Program-made: the position numbers and the translations under genes
Assembly: GCA_963796275.1 (NCBI GenBank)
Contig: CAWCKY010000006.1
Span: 1,120,001 to 1,184,000 of the forward strand
Origin: an uncultured Acidobacteriota bacterium
GTDB taxonomy: Bacteria; Acidobacteriota; Blastocatellia; RBC074
Length of the DNA stretch: 64,000 nt
Reading direction: 5' to 3'
Notes under the pieces: generated by a model
What the model was told of the DNA's origin: nothing
The model's input: the letters and a program-made list of their open reading frames with translations, nothing else
Databases searched by the model: none
Part shown: positions 21,148 through 30,709 of the stretch, one piece after another
How positions within the stretch are numbered: the first letter of the stretch is position 1
Layout: the number at the start of each line of letters is the position of its first letter

Positions 21148-21606
21148 ATGAATTTGAGCATCTTTACTTATCTGGTCTATCTTGTGGTGAGTATCTCGAT
21201 GACGATCTGGGTGGCGCAGACGCTCTACAAAAACGGGCGCTATTTCCTGATTGATGTCTTTCAGGGCGATTGGGCGATGGCCGATTCGGTCAATCGATTG
21301 CTGGTCGTGGGTTATTATCTGATCAATTTGGGATATATCTCTTTAATGCTGAAACTGGGTTATGCCGTTCCAGACATGACCGGAGCGATCGAGGCGTTGT
21401 CGGAAAAAGTCGGCATGGTGCTTGTCGTATCAGGCGTAATGCACTTCTTCAATCTCTACATCTTCAGCCGTATTCGCCGTCGCGGGACGCTGGACCGGGA
21501 CAATCAAAAGGTTCTTCCAGACCGACAGGCGAAGGTCGAGAGCGTATCCCGGGAAATAACGCAAAAACCGTTTTATCGATATCAGTCGATAGAGGCTCAG
21601 GATTGA
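21148..21606 (+). CDS. Small 3-TM membrane protein of unknown function
   Basis: YLVYLVVSISMTIWVAQTLYKNG..F..D.F...ADSVNRLLVVGYYLINLG..KVGMVLVVSGVMHFFN. Confidence 0.8.
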   Translation: MNLSIFTYLVYLVVSISMTIWVAQTLYKNGRYFLIDVFQGDWAMADSVNRLLVVGYYLINLGYISLMLKLGYAVPDMTGAIEALSEKVGMVLVVSGVMHFFNLYIFSRIRRRGTLDRDNQKVLPDRQAKVESVSREITQKPFYRYQSIEAQD

Positions 21607-21618
21607 AACACTTTTCCA

Positions 21619-22332
21619 ATGAAAAAGAGAACCGTCGATAGAAATAGGCGAGAAGATGCGCATCCACCTGCTAAAAAAAGTGTAGAGACCAGATCGCTCA
21701 TCCTCGAAACGGCGCTGGAGTTGTTGACCGAACGCGGATACGAAGCGACGACGATGCGTGCGATCGCTGAGGAAGCCGGCGTTGCGCTTGGGAATACGTA
21801 CTATTACTTCCGCTCTAAGGAGCATCTGATCCAGGCATTTTATGACAGGTTGCACGAACAGCATCGGGAGACCTGTATGCCGATTATGGAGCGCGAACAC
21901 ACGATGAAAGGAAGGCTGCTCGCTGTCATGCGGCAGATCCTGGCCAATATGGAGCCATATCATCAATTTGCCGGCGTTCTTTTCCGCACGGCGGCAGATC
22001 CGCACAGCCCGCTCAACCCTTTCAGTCCTGAGTCAGAGTCCGTCCGGAAAGAGAGCATCGAATGGTATGCCGAGGTCTTGAAGGGAACGAAAACAAAGGT
22101 CCCCGCCGATCTGGCCAGGGAACTACCGACGTTGCTCTGGCTCTACCACATGGGGGTCGTGCTGTTTTGGATTCATGATCGGTCGGCGAAACAGGTTAAG
22201 ACCTGGCGGCTGATGGAACATACCGTGGAGATCATTGCGCGAATGATCTCGATGGCCAGCCTGCCGCTGATGTATCCGCTTAGAAAATCCACGCTTCAGC
22301 TGCTCGCGGCTTTACGCGATGATACGGCCTAA
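21619..22332 (+). CDS. TetR family transcriptional regulator
   Basis: HTH: GYEATTMRAIAEEAGVALGNTYYYFRSKEHL. Confidence 0.92.
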   Translation: MKKRTVDRNRREDAHPPAKKSVETRSLILETALELLTERGYEATTMRAIAEEAGVALGNTYYYFRSKEHLIQAFYDRLHEQHRETCMPIMEREHTMKGRLLAVMRQILANMEPYHQFAGVLFRTAADPHSPLNPFSPESESVRKESIEWYAEVLKGTKTKVPADLARELPTLLWLYHMGVVLFWIHDRSAKQVKTWRLMEHTVEIIARMISMASLPLMYPLRKSTLQLLAALRDDTA

Positions 22333-22348
22333 TAAGGGATTGTGAGTA

Positions 22349-22945
22349 ATGTTATCTCTCGTCAAACCAAGCGATGAAATGATCGATGTGCTGCTCAGGC
22401 AGTCAGGCAGTGAAGACCTCTCTTATCATTTCGTGGGAGCGACGCGCGGGTTATGTGAGCCGCCGGATGGTTATGATGGCGATCACAATCGTATCTGCCT
22501 GGGGACAGGGGAGCGAGTTTTTACGGCCGCGTGTTCGGCTCTGCGACGATGGCGCATGTTCGAACTCGGCTGGGTCGAGGTATGCAATCCGGATGCGCCG
22601 ATTCAACCCGGTACGGTCGTGTCGGTGGCGGCGCATTGTTTCGGGTTCTGGTGGTTAAATATCTGTCGCATTATTTATGTAATCGACAAGCCCGGCAATA
22701 TCCGCAAATTCGGGTTCGCGTATGGTACGACAGGCCATCACGTCGAACGCGGTGAAGAGCGATTCACTATTGAATGGCATGATGCCGACGATTCGGTTTG
22801 GTACGACATCTGCGCATTCTCGCAACCTGCCTATTGGATGGTAAGGCTCGGGTATCCCCTGGCGAGGCGATTACAAATGAAGTTCGCGCGAGATTCGAAA
22901 AATGCGATGTTGCAAGCAGTCAGGGGTTGTGATTACGTGGATTGA
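22349..22945 (+). CDS. DUF1990 family protein
   Basis: LSYHFVGAT, LGTGERVF, CRIIYVID, FGFAYGT.GHHVERGEERF. Confidence 0.8.
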   Translation: MLSLVKPSDEMIDVLLRQSGSEDLSYHFVGATRGLCEPPDGYDGDHNRICLGTGERVFTAACSALRRWRMFELGWVEVCNPDAPIQPGTVVSVAAHCFGFWWLNICRIIYVIDKPGNIRKFGFAYGTTGHHVERGEERFTIEWHDADDSVWYDICAFSQPAYWMVRLGYPLARRLQMKFARDSKNAMLQAVRGCDYVD

Positions 22946-23081
22946 AACGATATCCATCTGAAGGTAATGGCATTGAATTAAGATTCTGTGTGCCCTGAAG
23001 GCAGAAAGCAGTTGGCCATGTGACCGAACGCAGTCTTATGGATTCTGCTGGCGAATTCAGAAAATGAAATTATCGGCTCTT

Positions 23082-23231
23082 CGCTCCGGAGGAGCGTTAT
23101 GTTTATAGAACATGGCAAGTAAATATCTACAGCTCCGCAGGAGCGACATATGATGCCGTTTATATGCCCCTCCTTCGGAGCTGGGGCACTATTACAAAAA
23201 AAATCTATAAATATATCGCGCCTCGTGGTGC
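23082..23231. repeat. REP/REPIN-like cluster of GCTCC-NNN-GGAGC palindromes
   Basis: CGCTCCGGAGGAGCG 23082-96, GCTCCGCAGGAGC 23132-44, inverse CTCCTTCGGAGCT 23170-82, degenerate fourth copy; outer ATGTTTATAG...CTATAAATAT inverted pair. Confidence 0.65.
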
Positions 23232-23314
23232 TCCCGGATAAAGCGAACTCGCCAGCAGAATCTTATGAAGGGCATACCGATGGCTCAGCATGGAAAGGAG
23301 CAACGTTTCGCGGC

Positions 23315-24016
23315 ATGAAAACTTGCAAAATCGTACTTGTACATCCGCGCGACCCGAACAACATCGGCGCGGCCGCGCGGGCAATGAAGAACTTCGGATT
23401 CCACGAGCTGGTGGTCGTCGCTCCTTACCAGCCGGTTTGGGATGAAGCGGTATCGGCTGTGAACGCACAGGATGTGCTGTCTCGCGCGCGTGTCGTCGGG
23501 ACGCTTATCGAGGCCATCGCTGACTGCACGCTGGTTATCGGAACGGCAGACCGTTTGCGTGTCGAACAGAAACAGAATATATATGCGCCCGCAGATCTGA
23601 GCCGTGAGATACGCGATGCCGGCCATCGGCTGGCGATGGTATTTGGCCAGGAAAAGCATGGATTGACCAACGACGACCTCAGCCATTGCCATCGCGTGAT
23701 GAGTATACCCACACAAGCCGGCTGCCCTTCGATGAATTTGGCGCAGGCAGTTGCGGTCTGCTGTTATGAGCTGATCAGGGAAGAAGCCAATTGCACTTCT
23801 CAAGCGGTTGACCGTGCTTCCGCGGGAACCGCTGAAATTACACTGCGTCTATCGCTTGACGTTCTTCAGCGGATCGATTTCATCCTTCCCGGTAATGAAG
23901 AGACTTTGACGCGCCGTTTGCGAAGCAGTTTATTACGCTACAACCTGAGCGAATACGATATGGAAATGCTCTGCGGAATTTTGACTAAAATCAGGACCGG
24001 GTTGAATAAAAGCTGA
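23315..24016 (+). CDS. TrmJ/LasT-family SPOUT RNA methyltransferase
   Basis: IVLVHPRDPNNIGAAARAMKNFG; VFGQEKHGLTN; PSMNLAQAVAVCCYEL. Confidence 0.88.
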   Translation: MKTCKIVLVHPRDPNNIGAAARAMKNFGFHELVVVAPYQPVWDEAVSAVNAQDVLSRARVVGTLIEAIADCTLVIGTADRLRVEQKQNIYAPADLSREIRDAGHRLAMVFGQEKHGLTNDDLSHCHRVMSIPTQAGCPSMNLAQAVAVCCYELIREEANCTSQAVDRASAGTAEITLRLSLDVLQRIDFILPGNEETLTRRLRSSLLRYNLSEYDMEMLCGILTKIRTGLNKS

Positions 24017-24017
24017 A

Positions 24018-27000
24018 TTAACGGCAACTTATTTTCACGACTCCGGCTAGCCGCACTTCGAACCGGCATCCCGGAGCAGCATTTTTCCACTTCACCTGCG
24101 CGCCGATCAGGTTTGCGCGTGAACGAATATTGGCGATCCCGTGCCCGGTGAGGTTCATCGACAGTCCATCAAAACCGATTCCATCATCTTCAATTACAAT
24201 CACCAGTTCCTTCGTCTCTTCAATTCGCACGAGCATCGTTACATTGCGGGCTCGCGCATGCCGGCTGATGTTGTTCAACGCTTCCTGCACGATCCGATAG
24301 AGCTGTATCCTCTCGATATGCGAGAGGCGAAGCCGGTCTTCCAGCTCGGGATCGCAGATGAACTCGTAGGCGAACTTCTGTTCAGACGGCAGATTCGTCA
24401 CGACATCGTTAAGCGCCCATTCGAGCGCGGGCAGAAAGCCGATATTTTCCAGCGCCGAGGGACTGAGGTCTTCGCAGATGTGCCGGATTTCACTCGATAT
24501 GGATTCGATTTTCCGACGGAGCAGGGAAGGCGAGATCTCGTCCTCCTTGGAAGCAGGCATCTGATCCGTCAAAACGAGCAGGTGGCGCAGATCCGAGAGC
24601 GTTTGATCGTGCAGATCGCGCGCGATGCGGCTGCGTTCGGCTTCCGTTTCGTTGGCCAGGCGCAATCGCGTCTCGTGCAACTCGGCATTGGTCTCCTCCA
24701 TCGCCCGGTTCACCCGCACGAGTCTCCTCTGCTGGCGAAATGCCAAGACGGCCGCGGTCACGGCGATTGTGAGCAATGAGGCGAGCAGGAACGTCCACCA
24801 TGGGAATGGCGCATCTCCTATGCGGACTCTCACCGTTAGCGGCGCGGAGTAGACGAGATCGCGGCTGATCGCGCGGACAACTATGGTATATGCGCCCGCT
24901 TTCAATTCACGGGCAGCGTACGAAGACTCACGCGTCGGTAACTTGTTCAATTGCTGCCCGCTGCCGTTTTGTAGAATGAATTCGTATTGGAACTGGCTGA
25001 GAAATGTCCGAGTGCCGATTCCTGTGACCTCGAGCAGAAAATGTTGCAGTGGATAGTTCAATAGTAGTTCCGTCGCCAAGTCGTCAGCCGGATAGATTCG
25101 ATCGGCGACGAGCCGGGTGACCTGTAGGCGAGGCTCTACCTGGCTCGGGCGGTGACGTACGATTCCGCGGTTGGTCCCGATCCACAACTCCTGGTTTTGC
25201 TGCGCAAGTGCAAAGACCTGTTCCGATGTCAGACCCTGCTCGGTGTCGAAGCGAGCCGTTATATCATCGCTGGGTATGAATTTGATGAGGCCCGAGTTCT
25301 GCGTTGCGCACCAGACGATTGCGCGCGCCGGATCTTCCGATTGGACCATCAGTGCGCGCACATCTATGTCGGGTTTGAGTTCGCGTATCGAATCCCCCTG
25401 CCGGAGATAGAGACCTTGCGACGTGCCGAGCCAGATTTTGTCGCCGGCGATCCGAATGGCTCGTATTGCGGGGTCTGAAAATTGTTTTTTGGGAAGTATG
25501 TAAGAGGTCGTTTGGGAACCGTCGAAGCGCACTAATTCGCCGTCTATTGTGCCGAACCATAACGCCTTGTCCGCTTCGACGGCAAAACAGATAGCGCCCT
25601 TTGCCGGTTTATTGTTCCAGACCGGAGTCTGTCTATTACCTTCCTGGGTCGCTTCAAGCTTCTCGATGCCGCGCCCGAAGATCGCCGCGTAAATCGCGCC
25701 CCGGAAGCCGGCGAGCGCACGCACGCTCTCCCTCGATTGAGATTTGGCCGGATCAGCGGTAGGTTCGGTCGATTGGAGGATATCCGTAATTTCATCTGTG
25801 ATGGCGGGTTCATCAGGCGCCGTCGAGAAATGTGAGAATCCGGGCGATTCTTTCGATTTGAGAAAAACTCCGCTGTCCGTGCCGACCCAAACCGCGCCCT
25901 CGGCGTCTTCCTGCAGCGCGTAGACAGCACGGCCCTGCAGTTCGATCACTTCAGACCAGACGCCGCGTTCATCACCGTTCACGCCGGGCACCAATCGGAA
26001 GAATCCCCGATTGGTGCCGCAATAGGTCTCTCCGGCAGATGTGTGAAGCAACGCTCGAATGAAATTGCTCTGCGGGTTATTGCTGACATTTTCTGCGCGA
26101 AAACTGTCTCGGTCGTAACGGCAAACGCCACGGTCGGTGCCGAACCAGACTATTCCCTCGCGATCCCGAAAGATTGTATTGATATGATCGGAACGTAAAC
26201 CTCCCGCCGTTCTCTCATAAGTCAGCTGCTCGATCTGCTTCGGATCGTCACCCTCCAGTTTGAGGAGGAAGGCGCCTTTTTTGTTGGTTCCCACCCACAA
26301 TTCACCATCGCCGCCGTGTAAGGCGTTGATTGCGCCTGTCTTGATCGAGGATTTCCTCAATGACCCATTTTTCAGTGCCCACAATCCGCCACTTTGCTGG
26401 TTCGACTTCTCTCCGATCCAAATCTGATCTCCGCCGGCGAACAACGAGGTGACGAAGAATTGCCGCGGCTGCCGAGCCGATGCCTCACGCAGTTCGGTAC
26501 CATTGTTTATCAGCACGCCGCGCGCCTTCGATCCGATTATCAGTTCGCCCGATTGAGTGAATGAGGCCGCATCGAGCGGCAGCGCCTCGTCCTCTTGATT
26601 GGCCGATCTGAGGAGAGGCTGAGCATTACGATCGATTCGGGTCGCGCTCCAATAGCTCGATGAGCTCCCCTCGCTGCGCAGATCTTTGCCGGCGCTCTTG
26701 CGATAGCGGAGGATTTCACCCTGAGATGTAATAATCGCGATCTCATTTTGCGCGGAGACCGCTATTCCCGTCGCCGCCCGCCCGCGAGTCTCCGCGAGCG
26801 CTTCTGAGAGGTTGTTATGCAGCCGCGCGGCGCCGGCGTCCGTTCCTACCCATAGATTCCCATCTGCATCGAGCTGCAAGGCGAGAATTCGGCGTGAAGG
26901 GAGGGATCCGGGAAATGGAGCGACATTTCTTCCATCATAACTGACCAGGCCGTTGTCCGTTCCAAACCAGAGCAGACCTTTGGCGTCCTGGGCGATCGCG

Positions 27001-27257
27001 TTGACCCGATCCGATGGCAGGCCGTGAAAAATCGTCACTGCCCCCCAGCGATGAAGATTGAGAGTGACTTCATCGGTGACCGGGACAGACGTGGGAGTAG
27101 CGATCGTGGCCTTCTGTTCGGGTGGTTGCCCAACTGCGGGTTGAACGGGCGGGGGTGATTGGGAGAAAACCGCAGTGACGGTTAGCAGGAATAATATACA
27201 TGAACTAATTTTAACAACGCTTGATCGAAGCACAATTTGTTCAATATTTATGGCCAC
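24018..27257 (-). CDS. Sensor histidine kinase with periplasmic beta-propeller (Reg_prop) repeats, HisKA_3 type
   Basis: Repeated LWFGTDNG/LWVGT blades, TM helix, ERSRIARDLHD, QEALNNISRHA, DDGIGF, GHGIANIRSRA. Confidence 0.9.
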   Translation of the reverse strand: MAINIEQIVLRSSVVKISSCILFLLTVTAVFSQSPPPVQPAVGQPPEQKATIATPTSVPVTDEVTLNLHRWGAVTIFHGLPSDRVNAIAQDAKGLLWFGTDNGLVSYDGRNVAPFPGSLPSRRILALQLDADGNLWVGTDAGAARLHNNLSEALAETRGRAATGIAVSAQNEIAIITSQGEILRYRKSAGKDLRSEGSSSSYWSATRIDRNAQPLLRSANQEDEALPLDAASFTQSGELIIGSKARGVLINNGTELREASARQPRQFFVTSLFAGGDQIWIGEKSNQQSGGLWALKNGSLRKSSIKTGAINALHGGDGELWVGTNKKGAFLLKLEGDDPKQIEQLTYERTAGGLRSDHINTIFRDREGIVWFGTDRGVCRYDRDSFRAENVSNNPQSNFIRALLHTSAGETYCGTNRGFFRLVPGVNGDERGVWSEVIELQGRAVYALQEDAEGAVWVGTDSGVFLKSKESPGFSHFSTAPDEPAITDEITDILQSTEPTADPAKSQSRESVRALAGFRGAIYAAIFGRGIEKLEATQEGNRQTPVWNNKPAKGAICFAVEADKALWFGTIDGELVRFDGSQTTSYILPKKQFSDPAIRAIRIAGDKIWLGTSQGLYLRQGDSIRELKPDIDVRALMVQSEDPARAIVWCATQNSGLIKFIPSDDITARFDTEQGLTSEQVFALAQQNQELWIGTNRGIVRHRPSQVEPRLQVTRLVADRIYPADDLATELLLNYPLQHFLLEVTGIGTRTFLSQFQYEFILQNGSGQQLNKLPTRESSYAARELKAGAYTIVVRAISRDLVYSAPLTVRVRIGDAPFPWWTFLLASLLTIAVTAAVLAFRQQRRLVRVNRAMEETNAELHETRLRLANETEAERSRIARDLHDQTLSDLRHLLVLTDQMPASKEDEISPSLLRRKIESISSEIRHICEDLSPSALENIGFLPALEWALNDVVTNLPSEQKFAYEFICDPELEDRLRLSHIERIQLYRIVQEALNNISRHARARNVTMLVRIEETKELVIVIEDDGIGFDGLSMNLTGHGIANIRSRANLIGAQVKWKNAAPGCRFEVRLAGVVKISCR

Positions 27258-27316
27258 TTAAATGGGTAGACTGACCATTCTTCCTCAGGGTGGTCGAAGT
27301 TTTTCATTTTAAAAAA

Positions 27317-28093
27317 CTATTTAGCCGGCTGTTTTTTCTCACTGGCTTGCTCGGCCACAAATTTCTTGCGATCTTTTTCGAGCCATTTATCCAGCTCGGC
27401 ATTCGCTTTTGCCAATTCATCTTCATTGATCAAGCCGCGTTTCAAAGCTTCGAAGTAGGCGCGCGTGCGGATGTTGAATGCCATTTTGTCAAAAGCCTCG
27501 TCGGCCGTCCCCTCAGAACTGAAGGGGAGAAGTTTTTCATAGAGGGTGGTCAGCCGGCTCTCGACTCCCCGCAAACTTAGGTGGCATTTACGTGCGATCG
27601 CCCAATTGGATAACCCGAGTGCTAAGTAATAGAGAGCCTCCGCTTCGAAGTCTGTCAGGAGCGGTTGTGTGAATGCATCTTTAAAATTCGGATCGATCAT
27701 ATCCGCGCCGTCTTCCAATACCGCGGCGACGAACCGCAGAAAACGGGTTTCCGGATTATTTTTATCGATGAAGCCGTAAGCCGGCTGGGGTTGAACGCTG
27801 TGAACGATCTTGCGGATTTCGTTGATGTATATCTCGTGCGGGAATTGTGTCCAGAAGATTATCCGCGCTTGCGGAAAACCCTTCCAGATCGCGCGCGCCG
27901 CTTTGACACCTGATAGGCCGGGCATCTGAATGTCCAGTACGCAAAGCTGGGGTCGGTCCGAGAGAGTCATTCTGACTACGCTATCACCGTCGGGGGCTTC
28001 CAGGATGGGGCGGTAATCCGGGAACTCCCGATCGAGTAGCTCACGCAGGTACGCTCGTTGGGCGACATTATCTTCAGCAATTATAATCGACAT
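27317..28093 (-). CDS. NarL/LuxR-type response regulator
   Basis: IIIAED, VLDIQMPGLSG, FIDK receiver motifs; LTDFEAEALYYLALGLSNWAIA HTH. Confidence 0.88.
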   Translation of the reverse strand: MSIIIAEDNVAQRAYLRELLDREFPDYRPILEAPDGDSVVRMTLSDRPQLCVLDIQMPGLSGVKAARAIWKGFPQARIIFWTQFPHEIYINEIRKIVHSVQPQPAYGFIDKNNPETRFLRFVAAVLEDGADMIDPNFKDAFTQPLLTDFEAEALYYLALGLSNWAIARKCHLSLRGVESRLTTLYEKLLPFSSEGTADEAFDKMAFNIRTRAYFEALKRGLINEDELAKANAELDKWLEKDRKKFVAEQASEKKQPAK

Positions 28094-28214
28094 ATAATTC
28101 AGTACCTTACCTGTTAAACGTTGGGGAGATCATAATTCAGCGTCGGCCGATTGAACAGGAGTTGATCACTCTCAATAAGCTGTGGGTATCCACGAGTTTG
28201 CAACGAGATAGTGC

Positions 28215-28243
28215 TTGATTTCGGCACACCTTTCGGATACCAT
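28215..28243 (+). promoter_or_regulatory. Sigma70 promoter of rimP-nusA-infB operon
   Basis: TTGATT-N17-TACCAT. Confidence 0.5.
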
Positions 28244-28255
28244 CGAATTTACTGG

Positions 28256-28280
28256 AGGTGGGCTCGCGCCCACCTTTTTT
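28256..28280 (+). ncRNA. rimP leader terminator hairpin
   Basis: AGGTGGGC-TCGC-GCCCACCT followed by T-tract, just upstream of rimP, matching the known GGGC...GCCC leader. Confidence 0.75.
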
Positions 28281-28336
28281 ATCTGACCATTGTCTCCGGC
28301 GATTTTCAGCCTGAAATCACGGTCGAAGGAGGGTGG

Positions 28337-28798
28337 GTGAAGCTTGATTCGCGCGTCAGCGAGATCATCGAGCGAGTTACTGAGCGCGAGGGGCTTGAGC
28401 TGGTCCATGCCGAATTGAGCGGCGGGCGCGATTCAGTCCTGACCGTTTATATCGATAAACCGGGCGGCGTCACCATCGATGATTGTGCGGCTGTGAGCGA
28501 GCGCTTGAGTCTCATATTGGATGTGGAGGATGTGATTCCGCATCGGTACACGCTTGAGGTCGCCTCTCCGGGATTAGATCGGGGACTTTACAAGGAAGCG
28601 GACTACGAGCGCTTTGCGGGTCTCCCCTGCCACGTCAAGATTTCAGAGGCGGTAGCGGGACAGAGGAATTTTCACGGTAAGCTGATCGGTCTAGATCGCG
28701 AGGGAGAGGCCGCTGCGGTGGTTGAAGAGCCGAGCGGCACACGTCACCGGTTGCCGCTGTCGAAGATTGTGAAGGCGAATGTTGAGATTGAACCATAA
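28337..28798 (+). CDS. rimP: Ribosome maturation factor RimP
   Basis: VYIDKPGGVTIDDC, YTLEVASPGLDR; GGAGG before GTG; precedes nusA. Confidence 0.95.
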   Translation: MKLDSRVSEIIERVTEREGLELVHAELSGGRDSVLTVYIDKPGGVTIDDCAAVSERLSLILDVEDVIPHRYTLEVASPGLDRGLYKEADYERFAGLPCHVKISEAVAGQRNFHGKLIGLDREGEAAAVVEEPSGTRHRLPLSKIVKANVEIEP

Positions 28799-28800
28799 TA

Positions 28801-28897
28801 GTTTTCAGTTTTCAGTTTTCAGTTTTCACCTCGCTGGTGAATGCCAGCGGCTGAGAACTGAGAACTGAGAACTGAAAAACTAAAAACTGAAAACTGA
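28801..28897. repeat. Heptamer-repeat hairpin (GTTTTCA)4...(CTGARAA)n
   Basis: Four tandem GTTTTCA, inner GC stem CGCTGG/CCAGCG, then about 6 complementary heptamers. Confidence 0.9.
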
Positions 28898-28901
28898 TTG
28901 T

Positions 28902-30503
28902 ATGAACACACTAACTTCAATTGCCCAGAACATCGAGGTTCTAAGCAAGGAAAAGAAGATCGATTCGCAGCTCATCATAAGCGCGATCGAGGATGCTGTC
29001 GTCACCGCATCACGCAAGCAATTCAAATCGGGAGAGGATCTTCATGCGCGGTACAACCCCGACAGCGGGGCGATTGAGCTGTATGCGGTCAAGGTTGTAG
29101 TTGAAGATGTGGCGGATCCGGCGCGCGAGATGAGCGTCAACGAGGCTAATGTGGAGGTCGGCGAGGGCGCAGAGGTCGGTGATATGCTTGAGCTGCCGCG
29201 CCCTATGGAAGACCTGGGAAGGATCGCCGCCCAAACGGCCAAGCAGATCATCCTGCAGAAAGTCCGTGAAGCCGAGCGGAATAATGTTTATGAGGAGTAC
29301 ATTGGCCGCGTAGGCGAACTGGTCAACGGATTCATCAAACGTTTCGAGGGTGGGAAGGTGATCGTCGACATCGGCAACGGCATCGAAGCCGTGATGCCGA
29401 AGTCGCAGCAATCGCGCGCCGAATCGTTTACGCAGGGTGAACGGGTTCGCGTCGTCATTCACGATGTGAACCGCGAATCGAAAGGGCCGCAGATCGAGGT
29501 ATCGCGTACGAGCCCGGAGCTGCTCAAGCGCCTGTTTGAGATGGAAGTGCCCGAGATATACGACGGCACGGTCGTCATCAAAGCGGCCGTCCGCGAGCCC
29601 GGCGAACGCGCGAAAATAGCAGTGGTCTCCAACGAGCGGGACGTCGATCCGGTCGGCGCCTGCGTCGGAATGAAAGGCTCGCGCGTGCAATCCATCATCC
29701 GCGAGCTGCGCGGCGAGAAGATAGATATCATCGAATGGTCGGAAGACCCGGCGATCTTCGCGGCCAACGCGCTTTCGCCCGCCAAGGTCAGTAAGGTAAC
29801 GGTCATCGATTTCGACGATAAGAATCTTCAGGTCACGGTCGAAAACGAACAACAGAGTCTGGCGATCGGCAAACGCGGTCAAAACGTCAGGCTGGCGGCG
29901 AGGCTCGTCGGCTGGGCGATCGACATCCGGAGCGAGGAGGAGATGAAGCGCGAGATCGCTTCTCAGATGGAGCAGATGATCACGGCTGCCATCGTCCCTC
30001 TCTCATCGATCGAGGGCATATCGACGACCGATTCGGCTACGCTGGCCGAGCACGGAATCGAGACGATCGAGCAACTCGCTGAGGCGACCGTCGACGATGT
30101 CTCCGACTGGCTCGACCTCAGTATCGACGATGCGCAGGACTTGCTCGATATGGCGGTCGCAATTACCGATGCCCGTCGCGCACGGCTGAGCGGGGAACCA
30201 GATGCAGAACCGGGAGCGGCAACCGTTGCCGAGGAGGGTGCGGGCGAAGAATCAGTTGCTGCCCTGACCGGCGAAGCTGGTGAAGTTGAGGCTGGCGAAG
30301 TTACCGAAGATATTGAAGATATTGAAGAAATTGAAGAAATTGAAGATATTGAAATCTCCGGAGCCGCTGAGGCATCTGGAGGAGTTGCGCTGGAATCAGA
30401 ATTGAATGAAACAGCTGGAATACATGAAACAGCAATAGACGAGCCAGATATACCAGAACTGGAACTGGACGAAGCTGATGAAAATAAGGTGGATAAACAA
30501 TGA
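28902..30503 (+). CDS. nusA: Transcription termination/antitermination factor NusA
   Basis: GRIAAQTAKQII, LFEMEVPEI, DPVGACVGMKGSRV, LAIGKRGQNVRLA. Confidence 0.98.
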   Translation: MNTLTSIAQNIEVLSKEKKIDSQLIISAIEDAVVTASRKQFKSGEDLHARYNPDSGAIELYAVKVVVEDVADPAREMSVNEANVEVGEGAEVGDMLELPRPMEDLGRIAAQTAKQIILQKVREAERNNVYEEYIGRVGELVNGFIKRFEGGKVIVDIGNGIEAVMPKSQQSRAESFTQGERVRVVIHDVNRESKGPQIEVSRTSPELLKRLFEMEVPEIYDGTVVIKAAVREPGERAKIAVVSNERDVDPVGACVGMKGSRVQSIIRELRGEKIDIIEWSEDPAIFAANALSPAKVSKVTVIDFDDKNLQVTVENEQQSLAIGKRGQNVRLAARLVGWAIDIRSEEEMKREIASQMEQMITAAIVPLSSIEGISTTDSATLAEHGIETIEQLAEATVDDVSDWLDLSIDDAQDLLDMAVAITDARRARLSGEPDAEPGAATVAEEGAGEESVAALTGEAGEVEAGEVTEDIEDIEEIEEIEDIEISGAAEASGGVALESELNETAGIHETAIDEPDIPELELDEADENKVDKQ

Positions 30504-30709
30504 AGAGCCGAGCGGGCCGGACGAGTAAAGCTTAGGGTGAAAACGACTATGAAGCTCGGTTTTTATTGCAATTTGTTTGATGGGGGGCTGATGTGAATAC
30601 GCTTCTGCTTTGAGTCGCCTGATTGTAGGAGAGCAGCGCGGGGCAGGAGTTTCAAAGCGTCAGCTCGAAACTCGTGTAGACCGTACGCGCGCTTTTCTGA
30701 AAGGGTTCG

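Noticed and set aside
28801-28897. CRISPR array
   Set aside because: Units are contiguous 7-mers with no unique spacers, and there are no cas genes; no CRISPR-like array was seen anywhere in the window
30504-30709. ylxR/L7Ae gene or tRNA between nusA and infB
   Set aside because: No suitable ORF or cloverleaf was found
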